NCBI GenBank assembly: GCA_963798485.1
Contig: CAWCTR010000023.1
Location: 73,863-137,862, forward strand
Source of the DNA: an uncultured delta proteobacterium
Lineage (GTDB): Bacteria > Desulfobacterota > Desulfomonilia > UBA1062
Reading direction: 5' to 3'
Length of the DNA: 64,000 nucleotides
The translations under genes and the position numbers were made by a program. Of the stretch, positions 30,331-39,835 are shown one piece after another; position 1 is the first letter of the stretch; the number at the start of each line of letters is the position of its first letter. The notes under the pieces were generated by a model. It saw nothing but the letters and a program-made list of their open reading frames with translations, made no database searches and was not told the origin of the DNA.

Positions 30331-30450
30331 AACTTAACAGACCATACCGCTAGTCCTTCATGAACACCTCATTCGCTCAAAGTTCCCCAAGACAACTGCC
30401 CTATGGTGTAGTACAAGGTATTCTTCCCTGCAAGAAGGAGGACCTGGGCC

Positions 30451-30853
30451 ATGCCGTATACCCTGATCGACCATACTGCGGATATTGGGATACGGGTGAG
30501 TGCACCCAGCATGGAAGGCCTGTTCGAAGAGGCTGCCTATGCCCTTGCCGACATCCTGGGCGGATCGCAGTGGTGATGGCGGTGAGGAGGTTATGGTGGA
30601 GTCGCAGGGCATCGACCGGGTGGACCTGCTCGTGAGGTGGCTCCAGGAGATACTCTATCTCATTGAGGTGAAGGGTTTCAGGCTCAGTGCCGTAACCATT
30701 CAAAGGTTGACCGAAACTCTCGCGCTGGGTGTTATTCAAGGTGCATATACCGCAGAACCCCTGACAACAGAGATCAAGGCCGTCACGTATTATAACCTTG
30801 ATATCACCTCTATTGACAATGTCTTCGCTGCTACCATAATTCTCGACAAGTAA
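30451..30853 (+). pseudogene. Archease, interrupted by a frameshift near 30555-30576
   Basis: AAGGAGG RBS; ATG 30451 gives MPYTLIDHTADIGIRV...ADILGGSQW* (stop 30574-30576). The rest (DLLVRWLQEILY...EIKAVTYY...IILD) is in the +1 frame. Confidence 0.85.
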
Positions 30854-30868
30854 AAGGGGGACAAGGTT

Positions 30869-32311
30869 ATGACCGCCCTTAAAACGAGACGCATCGATCC
30901 CTTTCGTATCGAGATAGAAAGGTCCGGGGCCATGAGGACAACAGGCCTTGTCTATGCAAACCACGCAATTGAACAAACCCTCGAACATGATGAGGTGCTG
31001 CAGCAGGTGGCAAATGTGGCCATGCTGCCCGGTATCATCGGTCCTTCGCTGGCCATGCCGGACATTCATGTGGGCTATGGGTTCCCCATAGGCGGCGTAG
31101 CCGCATTCTCAAAAGAGGATGGCATCATCTCGCCCGGCGGTGTAGGCTATGACATTAACTGCGGGGTATGCTGTATGCTGACCGGCCTGAGGATCGACCA
31201 GGTAAGACCCAGACAAGAAAAGCTGCTGGCATCCCTGTTCAACAAAGTACCCTCAGGTGTGGGGTCGAACAACAAGGGCATGGCCGTGGGCAACAAGGAA
31301 TTCAGACAGGTGCTTCTCCAGGGTGCGCTCTGGGCAGCGAAGATGGGCTATGTCCCTCATGACGGCCTTGATGCCCATGAAGACGGCGGCTGTATCGAGG
31401 GGGCCGACCCTGATGCCGTGTCAGGCAGGGCCATGGAGCGTGGCCGGCCCCAGTTGGGCACCCTGGGCTCGGGCAACCACTTCCTGGAGATTGATGTGGT
31501 CGATCTTATCATCGATGGCGAAAAGGCAAAACACTTCGGGCTTTTTGACGGCCAGGTGGTCGTCCAGGTGCACACGGGCTCGCGGGGCCTTGGGCACCAG
31601 GTCTGTGACGATTATGTGCACAATATGATTGCGGCATCCTCGCACCATGGCATCAGCCTGCCCGACAGACAGCTTGCATGCGCACCGGTTATGAGCAAAG
31701 AGGGCAGGGCGTATTACGGGGCAATGGCCTGTGCCGCCAACTTTGCCTTTGCCAACCGGGCACTCATCACCTTTCTCATCCGGGGAACCTTTGAGCAGGT
31801 CTTTGGGGAGTCCTTTGAAAGGCTGGGCATGCATCTGTTGTATGATTGCTGCCACAACATCGCCAAGATGGAGCGGGTCATGTGGAAAGGTTCGGAAACA
31901 GAGGTGTGCATCCATCGAAAAGGCGCCACCCGATCATTGCCGCCTGACGACAAGAGGCTGCCGCAGCGTTTCCGGAAGACCGGCCAGCCGGTGCTTGTGC
32001 CGGGCGATATGGGCAGGATGTCATTCATCCTTGCAGGGGCGAAAGGATCGTCCGAGACATTTTTCAGCGCATGCCACGGGGCGGGAAGACTGCTGTCCCG
32101 GCATGAGGCAAAGAAGCGTTCAAAGGGAAGACAGATCCTTGAAGAACTGCTCAGGAAGGACATCCATGCCCTGGTTGCCTCACGGGCCACCCTGGCGGAA
32201 GAGATCCCGGAGGCCTACAAGGATGTATCGGACGTTGTAGACACCATAACCGGCTCCGGCATTGCCACGGCAGTGGCCAGGCTCAAACCCTTTGCCCTGG
32301 TCAAGGGATAG
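30869..32311 (+). CDS. rtcB: RNA ligase RtcB (archease-associated type)
   Basis: MPDIH, GYDINCG, GSGNHFLE, HTGSRG, HN, HRKGAT, HGAGR and E.PEAYK motifs. Confidence 0.96.
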   Translation: MTALKTRRIDPFRIEIERSGAMRTTGLVYANHAIEQTLEHDEVLQQVANVAMLPGIIGPSLAMPDIHVGYGFPIGGVAAFSKEDGIISPGGVGYDINCGVCCMLTGLRIDQVRPRQEKLLASLFNKVPSGVGSNNKGMAVGNKEFRQVLLQGALWAAKMGYVPHDGLDAHEDGGCIEGADPDAVSGRAMERGRPQLGTLGSGNHFLEIDVVDLIIDGEKAKHFGLFDGQVVVQVHTGSRGLGHQVCDDYVHNMIAASSHHGISLPDRQLACAPVMSKEGRAYYGAMACAANFAFANRALITFLIRGTFEQVFGESFERLGMHLLYDCCHNIAKMERVMWKGSETEVCIHRKGATRSLPPDDKRLPQRFRKTGQPVLVPGDMGRMSFILAGAKGSSETFFSACHGAGRLLSRHEAKKRSKGRQILEELLRKDIHALVASRATLAEEIPEAYKDVSDVVDTITGSGIATAVARLKPFALVKG

Positions 32312-32312
32312 A

Positions 32313-32954
32313 TCAGGCCTCGGTTGTTTTCGCCTCTTCCGTTGCTGCAGCGGCCTCCTCTTCAGTTACAGGAGCAGCCTCTACGGTTCGTGTGGTCACA
32401 AGCGATGCAATAACCTTCTTCTCGCTCACGCCATGTCCAAGGGCCACGCCCTCGGGCAGCTTCAGGTCCGAGGCATGGATGACATCGTGCTTGTCAACTA
32501 TGCCTGAGACATCCACCACGATCTCAGATGGGATATCCGCGGGGGAACACTTGAGGTGGATGGATGTTTCCTCGTGGGTAACCTTGCCCTTGCCTTCCTT
32601 CTCACCTGGAGAGACGCCGACGAAAACCAGCGGTACATCCACCGTGACCTGCCGATTGGCCTCGACCTTCAGAAATTCTACATGGATGGCCCCACCCCTG
32701 AGCTTATCCCTATGGACAGCATGGATGAGCACCTGGATGGTCTTGCCATCAAGCTCCAGGTTCACCAGTGATGTCCCATGGGCCTTTTTATAAAGCTGCT
32801 CGAATGTCCGTTCCTCAACCTGGACATGAATGGGCTCGAAATCCTTCCCATGAATGATGCCGGGTATGACGCCTTGTCTGCGAAGCTTGCTTACCTTCTT
32901 CTTTCTCAGTTCGCGCCCGCTGATTTCAAGGGTGAGCATCTGTTTTGCCGTCAT
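32313..32954 (-). CDS. rplY: 50S ribosomal protein L25/Ctc
   Basis: LRRQGVIPGIIHG, HVEF, VDVPL..VG...G and IP..I.VDVS motifs. Confidence 0.92.
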   Translation of the reverse strand: MTAKQMLTLEISGRELRKKKVSKLRRQGVIPGIIHGKDFEPIHVQVEERTFEQLYKKAHGTSLVNLELDGKTIQVLIHAVHRDKLRGGAIHVEFLKVEANRQVTVDVPLVFVGVSPGEKEGKGKVTHEETSIHLKCSPADIPSEIVVDVSGIVDKHDVIHASDLKLPEGVALGHGVSEKKVIASLVTTRTVEAAPVTEEEAAAATEEAKTTEA

Positions 32955-33082
32955 ACTATCTCCTCCGCTATTTAAAATAGAGACTCTCTATACTGGGAAG
33001 CCTAGGATCAAGTCAATGGGGAAGTCCGTAGCACAAAAAAATATTTGAGGGGGTACACCGTTATCAGGCACTGATTGTCCCC

Positions 33083-33110
33083 TTGACATCGGTTACCCTT
33101 TGGGCATAAT
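33083..33110 (+). promoter_or_regulatory. Sigma70 promoter of greA
   Basis: TTGACA-16 nt-CATAAT. Confidence 0.65.
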
Positions 33111-33173
33111 GGTGCCTTCTTGATACTGGTAGGTCCACTACCGGTATCTTTTCATTTTTTAGAAGGACCTGCT

Positions 33174-33647
33174 ATGAAACGAAGTCCCATAACAAAAGAA
33201 GGCTATGCAGCGCTCAGGGAAGAGCTTGCTCGGTTGAAAAAACACGAGCGGCCGAAGATCATCGCGGCCATCGAAGAGGCCAGGGGGCATGGGGATCTTT
33301 CTGAGAATGCCGAATATATCTATGCCAAGGAGCGGCAGGCCTTCATCGAGGCCCGGATGCAGGATCTGGAAAACAAGCTTGGCAATGCAGAGATAATAGA
33401 CACCTCCAAACTGCCCACAGACCGTATTGTTTTCGGGTCCAAGTTCATGCTGAGCAATATGGATACCGACGAAGAGTTCTGTTACCAGATCGTAGGCGTG
33501 GACGAATCCGACATCAACAAGGGCAAGATATCCGTGGAATCACCCATGGCCAAGGCCCTCATCGGCAAGAGGATTTCAGACGAGATCGTCGTAGACACCC
33601 CGAACGGCAAGCGGGAATTCGAGATACTCGATATCGTCAGTATTTAA
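33174..33647 (+). CDS. greA: Transcription elongation factor GreA
   Basis: PITKEG, HGDLSENAEY and ISVESP.AKALIGK motifs. Confidence 0.97.
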   Translation: MKRSPITKEGYAALREELARLKKHERPKIIAAIEEARGHGDLSENAEYIYAKERQAFIEARMQDLENKLGNAEIIDTSKLPTDRIVFGSKFMLSNMDTDEEFCYQIVGVDESDINKGKISVESPMAKALIGKRISDEIVVDTPNGKREFEILDIVSI

Positions 33648-33749
33648 AACGGCAAACAACACATCTTCCTCATACCTTCGCCCCGTTACCAAGATAAAAA
33701 GATAAAAAAAGTTTGGTTATCTATTTGAGTATCGCCACCGAACTATATT

Positions 33750-35126
33750 ATGATGCGCAGTATGAAGAGACCGCTTATTACAATCCTCGTATGTTCTTTC
33801 TTTCTCATGGGTGCAATCAGCCGGGCAGCGACTACCTATACGGTCCAAAGCGGGGATACCCTCTCCAAGATCGCTGCCAGGTACATGCCGTATACCGCTG
33901 CCTATACGAAGAAGGAGCTTATAAACAACATCAAGGAGATCAACAAGATTGACGGCCCCCTCTCGCTGGGTCAGACATTGAGCATACCGGTTCTCTGGGA
34001 CCAGCCGCTTAAACCAAAGACCATAACGAAACCTAAGGTCTTCGTAGCCAAGGGCCTCTATATGAATACGTCCTCGGCAGGCACACGGTTCATCCTCGAT
34101 TCTGCCGCCAAACTCAAAAAATTTGGCGGGAATACACTCGTTTTCGACGCCAAGGATGATATGGGCGCCATCACCTTTCCCAGTTCCATACGGGCGAAGT
34201 ATTGCCCGGGCGAGAAGTATACACCGAACATAGAAGAGCTGCCCAAGATGATCGAATACCTTCATCGCTCAGGGATTCATGTGGTGGCCCGGGTGGTGAT
34301 GTTCAGAGACCCGATTATGTCTAAGGTTAAACCGGCTTGGTGTATAAACAAGGAAAAGCAATGGCTTGACCCTGGAAACCCGGAGGTACAGGAATATCTC
34401 CTGACCGTGGTGAAGGAACTTTCGAACAGCGGCCTGGATGAGATCCAGCTGGATTATTTCCGCTATTTTGCAGATGGAAAGACCACTACGGGCAAGGAAG
34501 GCGTTCAGCGGACGGAAGTAATCGCAGCTTTTTTAAAGAAACTGCACGATGTTGCCGAGCCAAGGGGCATTCTTTTATCCATGGACATGTTCGGGATCGT
34601 GATCTGGCAGAAGGATGAGGATGTGCTCGTGGTAGGCCAGGATGTGACAAAGATGAAGCCATATGTGGACATCATCTCGCCCATGCTCTACCCCTCGCAT
34701 TTCAGCTCCGGTTTCGCAGGGGTGAAGAACCCCGCCGATGATCCCTATCGCTTTATATTCAGCGGTGTAAAAAGGATGAAGGAGCTTGTGGGCGATGAGG
34801 TGGTCATCCGACCATGGCTCCAGTCATTTCCGCTGCGAGTGACAAGGGGGTTCGGTCCGAAATACATCCGCACCCAGATTATTGCAGCCAATGATGCCGG
34901 GGGGACGGGATGGCTGCTGTGGAGCCCGGGGAATCACTACACCGACTCCTATGCGGCCATGCAGAATATCCCGAAGCCGAAGCCTATGGCCCATGATGCA
35001 GCTGCTGGAACAAAGACGAAGGAACCTAAACAGCCGGCTCCTGCAAAGAATTCCTTACCATCAGGCCAGCCGGTCGGGGTGGACCAGCAGCCGGGGACAG
35101 GGCCAAGGTCCGGAGCGAAGATCTGA
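33750..35126 (+). CDS. Secreted LysM + putative glycoside hydrolase (DUF4015-like) protein
   Basis: Signal peptide, YTVQSGDTLSKIA LysM, EIQLDYFRY, ISPMLYPSHF and RPWLQSF. Confidence 0.85.
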   Translation: MMRSMKRPLITILVCSFFLMGAISRAATTYTVQSGDTLSKIAARYMPYTAAYTKKELINNIKEINKIDGPLSLGQTLSIPVLWDQPLKPKTITKPKVFVAKGLYMNTSSAGTRFILDSAAKLKKFGGNTLVFDAKDDMGAITFPSSIRAKYCPGEKYTPNIEELPKMIEYLHRSGIHVVARVVMFRDPIMSKVKPAWCINKEKQWLDPGNPEVQEYLLTVVKELSNSGLDEIQLDYFRYFADGKTTTGKEGVQRTEVIAAFLKKLHDVAEPRGILLSMDMFGIVIWQKDEDVLVVGQDVTKMKPYVDIISPMLYPSHFSSGFAGVKNPADDPYRFIFSGVKRMKELVGDEVVIRPWLQSFPLRVTRGFGPKYIRTQIIAANDAGGTGWLLWSPGNHYTDSYAAMQNIPKPKPMAHDAAAGTKTKEPKQPAPAKNSLPSGQPVGVDQQPGTGPRSGAKI

Positions 35127-35202
35127 TCCCCGGTTATTTGTATTCTCTTTTTTATGCATGTTCCCGTATGAGTTTATACAGCTCAAAGAAGGAGCTTTTC
35201 AC

Positions 35203-36510
35203 ATGGAAACGGTTCTTCTCTTTATACTGATTGTATTGTCAGTTGGTTCAATTGCACTTATCTTCATAACAAGAAAGTCGGCAATCCAAACAGGGCACCT
35301 TGATCAAGCGCTGCGTGATGAATTCCGTATAGTGCGAGAAGAGACGGCGAAGGCTTCACGGGAGCTGCGTGAAGAAATGTCCATGGTTCAGAAGACATAT
35401 TCGGAAACGCTCGTGAACACGATTCGTGAAATGGGAAGGTCGCAAATTGAAAATCAGGGACAAGTGGCAAAACGGATCAAGGAATTAACAGAGTCGAATG
35501 AGATACGTATGGAGAGCGTTCGCGGTATCATTGACAACCAGCTCAAAAGTATTCAGGAAAGCAATGAAAAAAGGCTTGATCAGATGCGGCAGACCGTTGA
35601 TGAGAAGCTGCACAGCACGCTTGAGAAGCGATTGGGTGAGTCGTTCAAGCTGGTGAGCGACCGCCTTGAGGCGGTCCAACGCGGTCTTGGAGAAATGCAG
35701 AACCTGGCAACCGGGGTAGGAGACCTGAAACGGGTCCTCACCAATGTCAAGGTGCGGGGCACGTGGGCAGAGGTTCAGCTGGGCGCGCTCTTGGAGCAGA
35801 TACTTACCCCTGAACAATATGCAAAAAATGTGCAGGTAAAAGAATACTCCCGTGAAATCATCGAATATGCCATCCGTCTGCCCGGAACAGACGACAGCCC
35901 GGAATCACATGTATGGCTGCCCTTAGACTCAAAGTTTCCCCAAGAGGACTATATACGCCTTGTTGAAGCCTCGGATATGGGTGATACGGAGGCTGTTCAA
36001 AAGGCAACGGCTAATTTATTAAGGGCCGTCCAGGCATCTGCCAAGGATATCAGCAGCAAGTATATCGACCCACCGAGGACCACGGATTTCGCCATTATGT
36101 TCCTCCCCACTGAAGGCCTTTATGCCGAGGTCCTCCGCCAGCCCGGCCAGGTCGAAGAGATGCAGAGCAAATATCGGGTTGTCATTGCAGGCCCGACTAC
36201 ATTGGCTGCGATCCTCAGCAGTCTCCGCATGGGTTTCCAGACCCTGGCCCTTGCAAAACGCTCACACGAGGTGTGGTCGATCCTTGCTGCGGTAAAGACT
36301 GAATTCTCCAAATTCGGAGATGTTCTTTCAAAGGTAAAGAAGCAGTTGCACACAGCATCTCAAACCATTGAACTCACAGAAATCCGGACAAAGGCAATGG
36401 CGCGAAAGCTCCGCGATGTGGAACAGTTACCGGAAGCTGAGTCGATCACCGTGTTGGGTATCAGTAAAACAGAAACAGAAACAGAAGATCTCCTGACCGA
36501 GGAACCTTAA
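35203..36510 (+). CDS. rmuC: DNA recombination protein RmuC
   Basis: TVDEKL..TLEKRLGESF, NVKVRGTWAEVQL, LDSKFP and FAIMFLPTEGLYAE; AAGGAG RBS. Confidence 0.95.
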   Translation: METVLLFILIVLSVGSIALIFITRKSAIQTGHLDQALRDEFRIVREETAKASRELREEMSMVQKTYSETLVNTIREMGRSQIENQGQVAKRIKELTESNEIRMESVRGIIDNQLKSIQESNEKRLDQMRQTVDEKLHSTLEKRLGESFKLVSDRLEAVQRGLGEMQNLATGVGDLKRVLTNVKVRGTWAEVQLGALLEQILTPEQYAKNVQVKEYSREIIEYAIRLPGTDDSPESHVWLPLDSKFPQEDYIRLVEASDMGDTEAVQKATANLLRAVQASAKDISSKYIDPPRTTDFAIMFLPTEGLYAEVLRQPGQVEEMQSKYRVVIAGPTTLAAILSSLRMGFQTLALAKRSHEVWSILAAVKTEFSKFGDVLSKVKKQLHTASQTIELTEIRTKAMARKLRDVEQLPEAESITVLGISKTETETEDLLTEEP

Positions 36511-36677
36511 AGGCCAGTCCTTTTAAAGGAGAAACTTTACTATCAGAAAACGGAAACTTCCCTTTTTTTGTTTAGGCCTGTTTTATTTGAGGTTCCATCT
36601 ATACATGCGGGTTTTATTTGTGTAAAATACTGGTTAAGTGGGAGTTATGCAGTTTCAAACATACATGAAATGGAGGT

Positions 36678-37118
36678 ATGGTTCTGGTGAAGACATTTAA
36701 AGAACTTCGGAAATCAAAGGGATTCACCATGGGCAGGCTGGCTGAGCTCAGCGGCGTATCGGCAAAGACTGTATCCGTCTACGAGCAGGAACCGCCTGCA
36801 CGGCCTAGCAGAAAGGTAGTAGGCAAGCTCTCGGAAGCTCTCAAGATCAAACCCGAAGAGCTTATTGCATGCATGTATCCCGCAAAGAAGGGCGCCGGGG
36901 CGCGCGGAGGTGAGAGCACTGAAGGCAACATCATGCTGGAAGAGATGCATGTGAACAGGCTCGTCAGGCTCATTGATAAAGAGCTCGAAGAACTCCGTTA
37001 CATACTTCTGGAAGGTGTTGAGCTCACCGAGGATTATCCCTCCATCGGCAAATGCATGGACATGGTCGGCTCCGACATTGAGCTGCTCTCCGAGATCAAG
37101 GGTCGTTTTCTGGGGTAA
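36678..37118 (+). CDS. XRE-family HTH transcriptional regulator
   Basis: LRKSKGFTMGRLAELSGVSAKTVSVYE...PS..V..KL..AL; GGAGG RBS. Confidence 0.85.
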   Translation: MVLVKTFKELRKSKGFTMGRLAELSGVSAKTVSVYEQEPPARPSRKVVGKLSEALKIKPEELIACMYPAKKGAGARGGESTEGNIMLEEMHVNRLVRLIDKELEELRYILLEGVELTEDYPSIGKCMDMVGSDIELLSEIKGRFLG

Positions 37119-37184
37119 TTGAGGAAGTGATTGATATATTGTTTCAGACGGGACGACTATCGGAAGATCATATAAAGAGCCTAG

Positions 37185-37844
37185 ATGATCATCCTTGATA
37201 ATGTCACAAAGATCTATCACGACACCGTCTATGCGCTCAGGGATATATCCCTGAACATTGGAAAAGGTGACCTGTGTTTCATCGTCGGGCCATCCGGCGC
37301 AGGCAAGACCACGCTTTTGAAGCTCATGTTCGGCATGGAGACCCCGTCACGGGGCACTGTCTCCATATTCGACCGGAATCTTGCGGGACTCAGTGCATCC
37401 AGTATCCAGGCCATCAGGCGCCATACAGGGTTTGTATTTCAGGACTTCAGGCTCATAGAAGACTGGACTGTATATAACAACGCCTCCATCATCCTCGAAA
37501 TCCTGGGCCAGCCGGCTGTATATGTCAGGGGAAGGGTGTGGAGGATGCTCAAATGGGTCGGGCTCCAGCACAAGGTTTATGAGCGGGCCAGGGACCTTTC
37601 AGGCGGCGAGAGACAACGCCTTGCCCTTGTACGTGCAATGATCCATGATCCCGACATCCTCCTGGCGGATGAACCTGTGGGGAACCTTGATGAATCCATG
37701 GCCAGGTACATGATGGATGTGTTCATGAAGCTCAATAAGAAGGGGACAACCATCATCATAGCGAGCCATCGAAGCGACCCGCTGATGGATCATGCAAAGA
37801 TCATCCACATGGAACGCGGCGGCATTGCGGGTGAGGGCAGGTAA
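37185..37844 (+). CDS. ftsE: Cell division ATP-binding protein FtsE
   Basis: GPSGAGKT, VFQDFRL, LSGGE and LADEP.GNLD; followed by ftsX. Confidence 0.92.
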   Translation: MIILDNVTKIYHDTVYALRDISLNIGKGDLCFIVGPSGAGKTTLLKLMFGMETPSRGTVSIFDRNLAGLSASSIQAIRRHTGFVFQDFRLIEDWTVYNNASIILEILGQPAVYVRGRVWRMLKWVGLQHKVYERARDLSGGERQRLALVRAMIHDPDILLADEPVGNLDESMARYMMDVFMKLNKKGTTIIIASHRSDPLMDHAKIIHMERGGIAGEGR

Positions 37845-38714
37845 TTGATCCGGTCTTATTACATCCTCAAACTCATCATGCGGGGCCTGCGCCAGCGGCC
37901 ATGGGGCAGCCTTCTGACGCTGGTATCCTGCTGGTTCGCCCTGTGCCAGCTCTCGTTTGTGTTTTATACGGTTAATGTGGCCGACAGGATAAGCACCATG
38001 CCTGCCACCTCGGGGTCCATAATCGCCTACCTGAAAGACTCCACCTCACAACCCCGCATCACTGAGATGGAGAAGGCGCTGCATGCAATGGCTGCGGTCT
38101 CAAAGGTGCTCTACATTCCCCGACAGTCCGGCCTGGACAAGATGAAACAGTGGCTCGGGCAACAGAGCCCTTTAGTGGAAGGCGTGGACCCGCGGATATT
38201 GCCTGATGCCTTTGAGATTACCCTCAAGCGCGAGTATGCGGACAAGGTTGCCGCGATTGCACTCTCAGTCAGTAAAATAGCAGGTGTGGATGATGTCCGC
38301 TATCGCAAGGGCCTCATCGGCTCTATTGCCGGCTCCTTCTCCCGGATTGTTTTCGGTGCGTCCGTACTGGGCTCAATTGTGGTGATCTGCCTGGCGCTTG
38401 TAATCTTCCTTTCCATCCGGGTAGGAATTGTCTCCAGGAAGCAGGAGATAGAGGTCATGGGCATGCTCGGCGCCAACTATCTCTTCATCTATGCACCCTA
38501 CCTGATCGAGGCCGGGACGTACGGGTTTCTCGGGTCCATCGCCGCACTTGCAACAACGGGAATAGGGATTACCTATCTGCAGATCCACTTCACTTCACTG
38601 CAGGCATTTTTACGGCCTATGGACACCCACCAGGCGGCCATGGTAGTATTTTTTGCCTGTTTCTCCAGTATCTTAGCTGCGCTATTAGCCATTAAGAGGA
38701 GTATCGATGCCTAG
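37845..38714 (+). CDS. ftsX: Cell division permease FtsX
   Basis: TM-periplasmic-3TM layout; LPDAFEI and EIEVM..LGA...I..PY..E motifs. Confidence 0.88.
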   Translation: MIRSYYILKLIMRGLRQRPWGSLLTLVSCWFALCQLSFVFYTVNVADRISTMPATSGSIIAYLKDSTSQPRITEMEKALHAMAAVSKVLYIPRQSGLDKMKQWLGQQSPLVEGVDPRILPDAFEITLKREYADKVAAIALSVSKIAGVDDVRYRKGLIGSIAGSFSRIVFGASVLGSIVVICLALVIFLSIRVGIVSRKQEIEVMGMLGANYLFIYAPYLIEAGTYGFLGSIAALATTGIGITYLQIHFTSLQAFLRPMDTHQAAMVVFFACFSSILAALLAIKRSIDA

Positions 38715-39762
38715 GAAGCTCCTCATGGCGCTTCTTATTCTGGTGCTCTTTTACCCCCCGTTGTTTGCAAAAAACGAATCGAGCCGTTTGAAGGAGTTGG
38801 GTAAAAAGGTCCATGCCATTGATCTCAAACGCCGTTCAGAGGAGCAAAGGGTTCAGGATATTGACAAAAATATCTCTGCCATGCAGGGCGAGATAGCCTC
38901 TGTCAGGAATGAAGCCGTTCTCATCAATGAGAAGATCAAGGAGCTAAGGGCGCAGATTGCGTATTACCAGCGTGCCTTGGCCGAGTCTCAGGGAATGTTG
39001 AGACGGAAGTGGGTTGCCCTGTACAAAGGGGCATATCTCGATATGGCGGACATAGTATATACCCATGCCGAGTATTCGGGATACATTGATGCGATCATCT
39101 CCAAGAACAAGGATGAACTCATGGGTTACCGCAAGACACGCGAGCAGCTCTCTGATTCCAAAGTACGCCTCGATAATGCATCCAAGGCCCAGAGGGATAA
39201 CTTGAACATGCTCCAGGGGAAGGTCGGTTCGCTGAATAGCGAGCGGGAGAAAAAGTCTGTTTTACTGGCCTCGCTCCGAAAAGAAAAACAGTCCTATCAG
39301 GAAGAGATACAGCGTCTCCTCAAGGAATTACAGGCCCGTAAGACCAATGCCCCCAACAGGGGCATGGCCAAAAAGATGGGAGATCTGCCCTGGCCAGTGG
39401 CAGGCAGGATTGTGCGGGGCTTTGGGATATCAAGGGAGAAGGGATATGCCATCATATCCCACGGTGTGGACATAGAGGCCGATGAGGGGGCGCCGGTTAA
39501 GACAATCCATGCCGGCAAGATCGTGTTTTACAATTGGGTCACAAACTTCGGCAATACCATGATCATCGATCATGGAGGGGGATTGTATTCCGTCTATGGA
39601 CATCTCCAGAAGTCCTTAAAATCTCCGGGAGAGTCAGTGGAGTCACGGGAGGATGTCGCACTGGTGGGTCAGAGCGGGGATGTGTTGCGGCCGACCCTGC
39701 ATTTTGAAATACGCTATAATGATAAACCCCAGGACCCGGCCAAATGGCTCTCAAGGAAATAG
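38707..39762 (+). CDS. envC: Murein hydrolase activator EnvC (coiled coil + M23)
   Basis: Signal peptide, coiled coil, LPWPV.G, IIDHG and LHFEIR; follows ftsEX. Confidence 0.88.
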   Translation: MPRKLLMALLILVLFYPPLFAKNESSRLKELGKKVHAIDLKRRSEEQRVQDIDKNISAMQGEIASVRNEAVLINEKIKELRAQIAYYQRALAESQGMLRRKWVALYKGAYLDMADIVYTHAEYSGYIDAIISKNKDELMGYRKTREQLSDSKVRLDNASKAQRDNLNMLQGKVGSLNSEREKKSVLLASLRKEKQSYQEEIQRLLKELQARKTNAPNRGMAKKMGDLPWPVAGRIVRGFGISREKGYAIISHGVDIEADEGAPVKTIHAGKIVFYNWVTNFGNTMIIDHGGGLYSVYGHLQKSLKSPGESVESREDVALVGQSGDVLRPTLHFEIRYNDKPQDPAKWLSRK

Positions 39763-39835
39763 TGGATATTTTAACCTCACGAAAGATATGCTATATGACG
39801 ATCCTGTAACAGAACATTCACCAGAGAGGGAAGGT

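Noticed and set aside
30571-30576. Selenocysteine readthrough or prfB-type +1 frameshift at the archease TGA
   Set aside because: The continuation is in another frame, so readthrough would not restore it, and TGG-TGA gives poor tRNA re-pairing.
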